Assembly: GCA_051942245.1 (NCBI GenBank) | Contig: JAVECL010000030.1 | Coordinates: 62,001-87,626 of the forward strand | Direction of reading: 5' to 3' | Length of the DNA stretch: 25,626 bases | Origin: Trypethelium eluteriae | Taxonomy: Eukaryota | Shown: positions 12,522 through 21,334 of the stretch, piece by piece | Numbering within the stretch: position 1 is the stretch's first letter | Layout of the letters: each line of letters begins with the position of its first letter | Position numbers and translations under genes: made by a program | Notes under the pieces: model-generated | The model's database searches: none | What the model saw: the letters and a program-made list of their open reading frames with translations, nothing else | Told to the model about the DNA's origin: nothing

Positions 12522-13217
12522 ATGCAATACAAAAATCTCGCTGTTGCGGCCTTCGCCGCCACTGCCTACGCATCTCCAGATCTTGTTGAGAGACAAGCGA
12601 GCTCTTCAGGCTTGAATCAGTGAGTATAGGAATCATCTCGGTGCAGAATCCAATCGTCTGACTTTTGAACCAGGCTCTCTGTCTACCAGGTCCTTCAGAC
12701 TGCGCTGCCTCCCTCCCTCATTTCTCTCGCCACCAATGATCCTGCCGCTGCTTCCTCAGTGATCGCGTCTGAGTTTGCAGGAGGACAGACTCCATCGTGG
12801 TTCACCGCCTTGCCAACGGATATCCAGACCTACCTCGTTCCGGCTGCGACTCCTGCCAGTGTTGCCAGTGCTGCTGCCACCTCCGGCGCCGGCTCTATTT
12901 CCTCTGCACTTGGCTCTCTCACTTCTGCCGCAAGCTCTCTCATCTCATCCGCCAACTCCTCTATAAGTGCAGCTGCCAGCAATCTGACAGCAACCGCCGC
13001 AAACATTACAGCTACCGCGACCGGCAGAAACAGCAGCTCTTTGATCACGTCCACCTCCAGCACCCTGGGCAGTACCGCTAGCTCTGGTGGCTCCACTGGT
13101 GCCAGCAGCGCAGCTGCCGGTTCCTCGAGTTCATCGGCGGGTGCCGCTCTGCCTACCGCTGTCATTGGCGGTGGCCTCGCTGGTGCCCTTGGATTGATTG
13201 GAATGCTTGCGCTATAA
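12522..13217 (+). CDS. Ser/Thr/Ala-rich GPI-anchored cell-surface/wall protein; exons 12522-12619, 12674-13217 (213 aa)
   Basis: Signal peptide MQYKNLAVAAFAATAYA, VERQ processing-like site, short folded region with PSWFTALPTDIQTYL, S/T/A stalk and hydrophobic GPI signal AGAALPTAVIGGGLAGALGLIGMLAL. Intron GTGAGT..CTGAC..CAG at 12620-12673. Confidence 0.9.
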
Positions 13218-14010
13218 AACTGCGTGCTTGAATCTTGTGAGACTTTTGAAATTGGACTTTTATTCTGGTAGAAAAGGCTTGGACACAGTGGCTTTGGGCG
13301 GGACATTTACTGTCTGCATTCTGGCCGGACTTAATATAACCTTTTAATATTTTGTAGTAGTGAGGGCTGATGGGTGAAGATTGGACAATGTGTTGTATAA
13401 AAGATGAAACGCTTGGATGACACTATCTTACAATCTCGCACTTATCAATAGTTCCGACAATCCCAAATCTTTCACAAATATATGTGTCTGTTGTGCTTAA
13501 TTCATTCGGAACGTAATTGAACATCAAGAGAAGTGTTGTGTGGATATACACCGAGTAGCTTGGTCATACAGGAGGATTCCATACGGGAGGATTCCGTTGC
13601 CAAGCTGCTTGATTTATGACCTGCATGGGTGGCCGCAGAGGCACAGCACTAAACCACTCAATAAAAGCATTACTGTCGCCTCCCCTAGTAATCTTTGGTG
13701 CCTAATACTCAGGAGAAAAGGAATGGATATTTGTTTTAGGACTTCAGATCATTCTGTCGGCAGTTTCGCAGCCCATCACCGGTAATTCCATCCACCGCAC
13801 AGATCTTCCGAAAGGATGTAGAGCCACTGTGCTGCGCACCTCTAGATCCTCCGTTTACGTCATGCTAATTGAAGATTCCTGGACATCGAGCAATCACCCA
13901 ATGATGCCAATAAAGAAAGACGGCTTGTTTCCTTCCTCGACTTCTACGTTGACCCATTACTTCAATTCGTGTGGCTGGGCTGATTTCGTACCTGATAACT
14001 ACGGAGTACT

Positions 14011-15449
14011 ATGGCTTCAAGCACACTTTGCTTCAGGCAATTGACGCGGCGAGCCACCTGCCAGCCGTCTCCGCAACGGCAGTCACGTCGACTGGCTTCG
14101 GCATACGCTGGAACCACATTCAAGCTCAATACAGGGCACGAAATACCTGCTCTTGGTTTTGGCACATGGCAAGATAAGGATGCACAGGAGGCTGCAGTTA
14201 CCACCGCACTGAAGCATGGATACCGGCATATTGATACTGCGAGAGTGTAGGCCATCTTTACAAGAATACTACTTAGAAATACTTCCCAGAATGCTGAAGC
14301 AACCTGGACTATTATAGATACGGTACGGAGCCAGCAGTCGGTCAAGCAATCAAGAAATCTGGAGTGCCTCGTAGCGATCTCTTCATCACCACGAAATTGT
14401 GGAATAACAGCCATCACCCTGATGATGTTGCGAAAGCTTTAGATGCCTCTCTAGAAGACCTTGGCCTCGACTACATCGACCTCTATCTCATGCACTGGCC
14501 ATCCCCCTTCGCGCGCAGTGATTCACTCAATCCCAAGGATAAAAATGGCGAGAACATTCCGGGGGATACAGATTATGTTGATACTTATAAGGCAATGGAG
14601 AAATGCTTGGATTCAGGCAGGATCAAAGCTATTGGCGTTTCCAACTTCAGTAGAGGGGAGATGGAGAGATTACTCCGGGAGACTACCAAGGTAACTTCTA
14701 TCTTCCTCGCACGCGATTGCAACCACCAAGGCATGCAATAAGAAATGTCGGCGGGGCGGACAAGTCTCTTATGCTTTGCTGGGTGCCTCCTAGATGATGA
14801 AGCAGAAAAAGGGTATTTAAGAGCCTCCTACCGGCTCTTTCTCAATATCTTAATAAGTTCTTCATCTTATGTTTAGAGAAGAATCTGTTGAGAGAACCGC
14901 GTAATTCACAGAAGCATAGGAGGCCAAAAAATTAGCTGCTTCAAATACTGAAGCACCGACATTTCTTGTTACACTCCCTAGCGCAACATATCAGAAGCTG
15001 ACTCCAACTTATAGGTACCTGCGGCGCACCAGATAGAGCTACATCCCTATCTTCAACAACATTCCTTTACCGACTGGCACAGGAGTAAGGGAATTCACAT
15101 CACACAATATAGTCCATTCGGAAACCAGAACGAGGTATACAGTGCCGGGAAAGGGATGGATAAATTAATAGATGATGCTATACTGTCTGAGATAGGGCAG
15201 AAGCATGGTAAGAGTGGCGCACAGGTTGCACTCGCATGGGGCATTGCGAAAGGCCACTCGGTCATTCCCAAGAGCAAGACGGAGTCGCGAATCAATGCGA
15301 ATATCCAAGGGGACTTCAAACTGGATGCAGAAGACGTGAGGAGGATTGATGAGATGGATAGGAAACTACGCTTCAATGATCCTTCAAAGCGTTTTGGGTG
15401 GAACTTCTACTCTGATTTGGATGGGAAGAAATCAGAAAATCTACTATAG
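14011..15449 (+). CDS. Aldo-keto reductase (Gcy1/Ypr1-like); exons 14011-14246, 14318-14690, 15015-15449 (347 aa)
   Basis: [20 protein letters not shown] (catalytic D/Y), [38 protein letters not shown] and IPKS motifs. Confidence 0.95.
14794..14951 (+). ncRNA. Candidate orphan box C/D snoRNA or other structured RNA in the 324-nt intron 2 of the aldo-keto reductase
   Basis: ATGATGA at 14794-14800 and CTGA at 14948-14951, 50 nt before the branch A (15001). Perfect 12-bp flanking inverted repeat 14740-14751/14956-14967. No rRNA target recognised. Confidence 0.45.
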
Positions 15450-15737
15450 AATATGTCGTCTGACATTCTTCGAATTACCAATCGCTTTGATTTATGAGGC
15501 ATTCATTCAACCACTCAACCATGGGCGAGGGTGGGACAGGATTAGTGTTTGGAGGCCCGAGCTTCCGCACACACGTCAAGGCACATCCATTCCTTTTCTT
15601 CTGCCCATCTTCCATGATCATCCTCGTGAGGAGTCTGCACGGCTTCGCGCTTCACTGGGTGAGTGTGATCATGATATCTACGAGGGGCACAGTGGTAAGT
15701 CTCTTGTCTTAACCTTTGCGTCTCGCATGCTACTCAT

Positions 15738-15805
15738 AGGATGACCACAACAATCCAACTCCGAAAGCGTCATGCAGGAAACAAACATCTCTAGAATTAC
15801 TCTGA
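15738..15805 (+). ncRNA. Box C/D snoRNA with two guides (U45/SNORD45-like 18S target and SNORD69-like 25S target); coordinates box C to box D
   Basis: C AGGATGA 15738. Guide AACAATCCAAC 15749-15759 + D' CCGA pairs 25S GUUGGAUUGUU. Guide CTCTAGAATTAC 15789-15800 + D CTGA 15802 pairs 18S GUAAUUCUAGAG. Confidence 0.88.
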
Positions 15806-16084
15806 TCGCCATGCATGCTCAATCTTGCTCTTAATCTCTATTTTGCATTAGCATGTCGCTAATCGCAATTTTCTATCAGTAGCTTTGAAACGCATCGCCG
15901 TCAATGCTGTCCTTCCACTCAAATACATTCTCCACCGACCCCTTTAAGCTTGATGGTATGGACTGAAGGCTTTGATATGTGGCTCAAAGCCTCGTGATAG
16001 GACATGGAAGCATACAGGAGTGGCCTTGGAGCTTGGTGTATCTATGAAAGGTACGGAAATTTTTTTCTACCGATTTTGGTTATC

Positions 16085-16168
16085 ATGATGATCAATCGAC
16101 ATTGGAAAGGCATTCCTCGAACAGAACTTATATTGTTGAATTGTCTTACTAGTTTCAGCCTTGTCTGA
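16085..16168 (+). ncRNA. snR41: Box C/D snoRNA snR41 homologue (18S Gm1126)
   Basis: C ATGATGA 16085, D CTGA 16165. The 13-nt guide AGTTTCAGCCTTG (16151-16163) is complementary to 18S CAAGGCUGAAACU; D+5 falls on the G after CAA. D' CAGA at 16122 with guide AGGCATTCCTCG. Confidence 0.92.
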
Positions 16169-16286
16169 CCCCTTCCAATTTCGTCAAATTCCTTCATTGA
16201 TCTTCTGTTGATCCTGGTTCACTAACATGCCCCTTCGAACAGGTAAACCCTCGTGAACTTTCTTCTCCTCTCTTTCATCCTTTTAC

Positions 16287-16410
16287 ATGAAGAAGATTTG
16301 AACGTACGGGCGGACAGAACGTGCTCCTCACTCGTAGTCCACTACAAGCAGAGCGTACAACTTTGCGGGCCACCGAGTGGGGGGAAACTTGTTGAGGATA
16401 CGTCACCTGA
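16287..16410 (+). ncRNA. snR70: Box C/D snoRNA snR70 homologue (18S Cm1639)
   Basis: Variant C ATGAAGA 16287. Guide ACGGGCGG 16306-16313 + D' CAGA 16315 pairs 18S CCGCCCGU, with D'+5 on the C equivalent to E. coli C1402. C' TTGAGGA 16392, D CTGA 16407. It sits between snR41 and snR51, as in the yeast cluster. Confidence 0.85.
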
Positions 16411-16533
16411 TCGAAAGCACACCTGCTGGAGGAGATCTTGATTCTTATCCAAGGAAAATTTGCTGATATTGCTAGACAGGTATCTTGATCGTTCATTCCA
16501 TCCATGACCGCACGTTCTGTTCACCATCACTAC

Positions 16534-16688
16534 ATGATGATTCTTATTCACACTGTTTGAACGGATTGCCTTGTAACGAGGGCATGTCCGGAGATGATCT
16601 ATCAACACTGAAAATTCTGATTTAATGAGGCACGTTACCATCGTCTACTCGTACCAGACGTACGGACTAACTGATGACTTCAGCCTGA
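16534..16688 (+). ncRNA. snR51: Box C/D snoRNA snR51 homologue, interrupted by a nested intron (16630-16683), with two alternative D boxes
   Basis: C ATGATGA 16534. D' guide ATTCACACTG + TTGA (25S Um2729). ACACTGAAAAT + CTGA 16617 (25S Um2724). CTGATTTAATGAG|C + CTGA 16685 (18S Am100) forms only after removal of 16630-16683. Confidence 0.9.
16630..16683 (+). other. Nested 54-nt GC-AG spliceosomal intron inside snR51
   Basis: GAG|GCACGT donor, GACTAAC branch point 16665-16671, TTCAG acceptor. Length equals the commonest intron length in this window. Removal extends the 18S complementarity and restores exact D+5 spacing. Confidence 0.8.
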
Positions 16689-16871
16689 AATTAGATGGTT
16701 CCATTTTTACATGCGCATTCTGCTTCTCAGCTAATTTGTCTCTGAAACTCTACTAAATGGAAGTTCATAGGCTTACTGCCTTCGCCCACGCGTAGACACG
16801 GGCTTGATGCCCAGGTAGCTTCAGGTACGTATTATGACCACCGGACCGATTTCCTCGACGATTTACTTTAT

Positions 16872-16940
16872 GTGATGATTCCTCTATCTTAGCGGATTCC
16901 ACTGCAACATCATTGAAGATTTTAACAGACCCTTTTCTGA
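16872..16940 (+). ncRNA. Box C/D snoRNA with a guide to the 25S GTPase-associated region
   Basis: C GTGATGA 16872, C' TTGAAGA 16913, D CTGA 16937. The 13-nt CTTAGCGGATTCC (16888-16900) is complementary to 25S GGAAUCCGCUAAG and is followed by a degenerate D' (CTGC). Located in intron 16825-17010. Confidence 0.82.
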
Positions 16941-17094
16941 CCTTTTAGCCCTGGCCGTTGGAAAAGTGAAGATCACCGTCCTTGCACATTGGCTGATTTT
17001 TCGTGCCTAGGTTTAGAAGTAGTCACGTTTGGTCGGTACCATACCCTCTTGAAAAGGTAATGCTCCTTGCCCGGTCCATGATTTGAGCGGCATC

Positions 17095-17166
17095 ATGATG
17101 AATTCATAAATCGTTGTGTTCTTTCCGAATATTTTTGAAGAAACGCATATCATCTTGGAGAACTGA
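17095..17166 (+). ncRNA. Box C/D snoRNA with two guides (U55/SNORD55-like 25S target; 5.8S A43 target)
   Basis: C ATGATGA 17095, D' CCGA 17125, C' TTGAAGA 17135, D CTGA 17163. TCATCTTGGAGA (17150-17161) pairs 25S UCUCCAAGGUGA with 1 GU. TCGTTGTGTTCTT (17111-17123) pairs 5.8S AAGAACGCAGCGA with 2 GU. Confidence 0.86.
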
Positions 17167-19566
17167 CATCAGTCCCTTTCACCAAGCATATCAAAAGTCC
17201 AGCCGACTTTGGAGACGAGGTAGCTGATGACTAGTTCAGGCAAACGCGATCCAAATTGGGAGCGGCTTCTCTGGCAGGTCACTGTGTGGCAACTGTCTAG
17301 AACTCCGCAGAACGATTCGGAGATCTTATTGTGCACGAGGAGCATCAAGAGCTCCCCATTAGAGCCACGAAATCTGCAAGACAGATCTCTCTCACCCCAG
17401 ATGAGTCCAGTATTTCTTCGATACTGCCCAACAGAGCCCATCGCTGGCAGCAGGACGGCGGGCAGAAGATTGGGGTTTTCAAGGTCATCATTCTCATAGA
17501 GTCATAGACATGTACCAAAAAACTTCCCCCTATCCTTATGAATGACAAATTCGCAAATCGTCATGATTGGGGGGGAACTATACGTCATCTATTCGTAAAG
17601 CCAGTGAATACATCATCACACCTGCACCTCATTACAAAATTGTGGCTTTGAGGGGCGTATCGGGCGATCAGGATAGCGGAGGAAGACCTCAGGCGACCAT
17701 GCATTCACCCCTTGAAAATGTAGCCAGGGTCAGCCCGTGCCTCGTGGAAATTACCGATGGCCTCACCTCTCCATGGAATACATGGTGACATTTGTATGTA
17801 TCTGACGAAATGACGTTTCTCATGCATAGAAGTTTGGAGTCCATGAAAAAACAGGCACGCCATTTACGTAATCTTGAATATGCGTTGATCTTTTCTGAAA
17901 TTTTGAATGTAGTCCTGCCATAATCAAAGATCTCTACCTCATCTATGTGATGAACCTAGGAAGAAGCACGTCCTACCTACCCATCATCTCACCTTTCGCT
18001 GGCCGAGGATCGCATCGCGATTCCAAGCACGTGGATTTTAATACCTAAGCTCGCATACTCTTCCTACATACGGTCCAACTGCGGCGGTCCGATAAGGCGA
18101 GATAAATGGGACGTACCGGTAGCCGAGGGTCAAAATAATCTGCATCAGTTGCTGTCATGCTCATGCGACGGCTGACACGTGCTCTAAGATTAGAAAATAG
18201 AACGAAACGGAGCTGGCCGTACGCATGAGCATGCACTGCGGCCCGTCCGATAATCGGGAGCCAACGGCGTGCCCACAACATGGAGCTGCCCCTCCGAACA
18301 GCGCCGCAATCCGCAGGGCAAAGGACTCCCTTGCGAAGAAAATATTCGGAGCGGGGACAAACCTTTCAGACCGATCTTAGGAAAACAGCCGGCGGCGTCA
18401 GAAAATTTGGTAGGTCCGAGGTGACGTTGCTCTACGCTCCGGTGCTCCAACTGCATGACGACAGTCAACTACTTCGTACCGAAGACACTTGTCCACAGAA
18501 GGGAGTCAGCTTTTTCCGGAGCAGGATTACACAAGAGCTTGGATAGAAAGCCTGGCTCTTCCGCATTCCGAAAACCCTCTAATCATCCACTCTGTCACCC
18601 TGTATGGACTAGTGATCTCGCACAACGTGCGATGGTACGTAGCTGCTAGCGTCAATCGATGGCACTTCTGAGTTCTGATCGCCGCTCGCATCCTCAAAGC
18701 CAGGAGGACATGGCGTGCACCACTGGGCTGGAACATGAAGAAACGTCTCCGGAGCCAATCATGGGGCATGTAAGCGCAGCGAGCCAATTAGAGTTTGGAT
18801 AGTCAGGAACAAGAGCCGGCAGATGCACGCGTGAAAACAGGGCAGCCGGCCGGTCCTGAGTTCCGAGGCACGAATTAGCCCATCCGTCATGACACCAATC
18901 CAGGGGTATCCTTATGCCGGCCCATGCTCGGCTGGGGTGAGGCCCGGCAGAAGGCTCTAGTCCACTTGCGACGCAAGAAAAGGGGCACTCCGTAACTCGT
19001 CTAAATTGCCTGTGATTTCCGTGAAGCTTCTAATCAGGACCCCAGTAGGTACGGAGTACTTTCGGGGGTGATAACAAAGCCCCCCACAGCGAGCGTGGGA
19101 GTCCCAGAAGTGACTCCAACAAGGCTGCTGTTCATTCTCATGCGGCTTCTATTATTATGGTCTGACGGATGGGCCAACATGACATGCAGCATCGCAGACT
19201 TGCGGAAAGAAAACATGGTGAAGCAAGCCAGAATTTGGGGTACCAAGGCAGAGGGCTAAAAAGCAGAGGACCACCAACGCGACAAAACAAATCATAGGCG
19301 TGAAAGTGATTCGCGGGCGAGATGGCGGGCAGAGGGCGATGACGCCGGGGGCGGAGATGGTGACAATGACATTTGATCCGAATTGGGCTAGATGGGCAAG
19401 ATACTTAGCCTGGAAAAGCCGCCAATAAACTGGATAATCAGCATAATTTCCGTGGCATCGGTGGCATAGTGGTAGTGTGGAATCGTGGATGGTGTGCACG
19501 TTCAGAAGGGGCAGTGGTGGAACAGCGGGAGCCCGGAAGGCAACCTTCCTGTGCATCGCTCCTGCC

Positions 19567-19584
19567 CTGCTGCTGCTGCTGCTG
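19567..19584. repeat. (CTG)6 microsatellite
   Basis: Read directly: ctgctgctgctgctgctg. Confidence 0.8.
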
Positions 19585-21165
19585 CGTGTTCTGGGGTCTC
19601 CCTCAGCTCGCGCGCAAGGCTGACCAGCTCCAGCACAGCTTCGTTAGCAAAACGTCCTCTCTGCACTAGCTACACTACTATCTAACGTCACTAACTTCAC
19701 TGACTGCCGGCGCGCTTTGCAAAACAAATCAGGCCGCTGGCTGACTGAGCAGGAACCCGGTGGCCAGACGCGCACCAACTGCAGCGGGCTCTGGACGCGA
19801 CTGACAGCGGGCAATCGGGGGCTGCCACGCGCAGTGCCAAAAGCTGCCAGCGGCCAGCTTCCAACTAACGCTGCTGCATGCCTCGTCACCGTCTGCCCTG
19901 CCATAGTTAGTTATAGTCAGGAGCGGCACTGCTCGAGCTGGCCGGGGCCAAGCTTTGAGCTTCTGCTTGTCTCGGTCACACACACTCTGCCCGTCTCGAC
20001 CTTGGACTTCGACTTCGACCTTTCCTACTCACTACTGCTATTGACACCTTCCTCGTGCCCAACGCCGCGTTAATCACCTCTGCTCCACTTGGCTTTGACG
20101 CCGCCGGCTTTCGGTTCGCTGGCCCGCGCAGCTACCACCGCAATCTCATCCTCTCGTCTCACGCTTGGACCGGTCCGAAGACTCCACCGCCGCCGTCGTC
20201 GCGGTGAAGCTGGCCTCTCCCCAGTCCTCTGTGCTGGCATCCACCAGCCTTTCCTGGCCCAGCAACACACGACTCAGCCAGCAACGGCGCACACCACGAA
20301 TCCCTTCTCACACCCGTACGACTGCGCTCCTGCCTTCATTAACATCTTCAGATTATTGTTCGTTACTTATTCCCGACAGCCACGTTCTTCATCTCACTCG
20401 TTTCCGCCGCCCCGTGACGCAGGGCCCCCTAAAGTCGCAAGCATCCCCCCCGGACTCAACTTGACCTAAAACCAGTCCGAGATAGGAAGGGAACGATTCA
20501 TGCTCTGTGCTTTCCACGACCAAAAATCTTATCCACTTGGAAGGAAGCTAGCACTTGTTGCATTATTATTATTGTTACCCTGATCCTCTCACCCAGGCGT
20601 CAGTACTCCTTCTTTCGCGACTGCCGGTATCCTTGGTCCGCCAAAGTCGTCATTTTCCACCCAGTTTCAGAACGCCCACGTTTCCAGGTCTCGACAGGTA
20701 CTCCCCCTTTGGAAAAAAGCTTGTCCTTCGATCCTTCTTCATCACATCTGGCGCATTCTAGCGGCGCGCGATCCATCCTTACTCAAGCCACCCCACGCCA
20801 ACGACTCACTCTCCTTGCCCATCGATCTACCCAAGTGGAACCTGTCTGGTGGAATCGCACCCGCGTACCGTAGTGCTGGTCCTCTCCACGGGTATCCCAT
20901 CTCTGCAGTACCCTTTTCCTGACTGCCTACACTCTTTTATTCCCTTTTACTACGTACATCACTCGTTAGACCCTTCTGCACTCCACCGCCTCCTCCACAT
21001 CTTCACCGCTCCCCAGCCGAAGCTCCTAGCTGGACCACGCCGATAACTACCTTTTTCCTATTCCTGGACATCTTTCTGGCATTCACTCATTATCCAACCT
21101 TATCCATGAACACAACTCTCACCACCAGTCTTTTGTGACGCTACCAAGCGCTCACCATATTCCAA

Positions 21166-21230
21166 GTAAGTATCATGTACCAATTCTCCTGGACTGTTCA
21201 ATGTAACATCAAATACTCACATAATGACAG
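21166..21230 (+). other. Probable 5'-UTR intron of IME2
   Basis: GTAAGT donor, TACTCAC branch point 21214-21220, CAG acceptor, 65 nt. It removes the ATG (21224) that starts the listed 104-aa ORF. Confidence 0.7.
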
Positions 21231-21334
21231 CAAAAAACAAAAAAAGCATCTTTGTGCAAAGGAGCGGCGGCCTGTTGTACCACCAGGCTGTTGAGATTCT
21301 TGAGCACGCACGCTATACCAGTAGTACAGTGATC

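Larger units (their letters stand above)
15695..17239 (+). ncRNA. Non-coding multi-intron snoRNA host transcript (span from first donor to last acceptor; true ends unknown)
   Basis: Six introns, each with donor, branch point, acceptor and one C/D snoRNA: 15695-15879, 16051-16242, 16243-16479, 16480-16683/16770, 16825-17010, 17057-17239. No credible ORF. The D box lies about 50-61 nt upstream of the branch A in each. Confidence 0.85.

Noticed and set aside
14901..14912. GTAATTCACA resembling a guide to 5.8S UGUGAAUUGC
   Set aside because: Short, needs a G-U pair, overlaps the putative D' box, and +5 does not hit a site I know to be methylated.
15346..17548. Short ORFs over the snoRNA region
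   Set aside because: No recognisable domains; they overlap snoRNA boxes and splice signals that explain the sequence better.
17947..17953. Isolated GTGATGA (possible seventh C box of the cluster)
   Set aside because: No D box within a plausible distance, no rRNA guide and no flanking intron signals recognised.
17567..20469. Numerous 60-130 aa ORFs upstream of IME2
   Set aside because: No motifs, many non-ATG starts, mutually overlapping on both strands; consistent with a long regulatory region.
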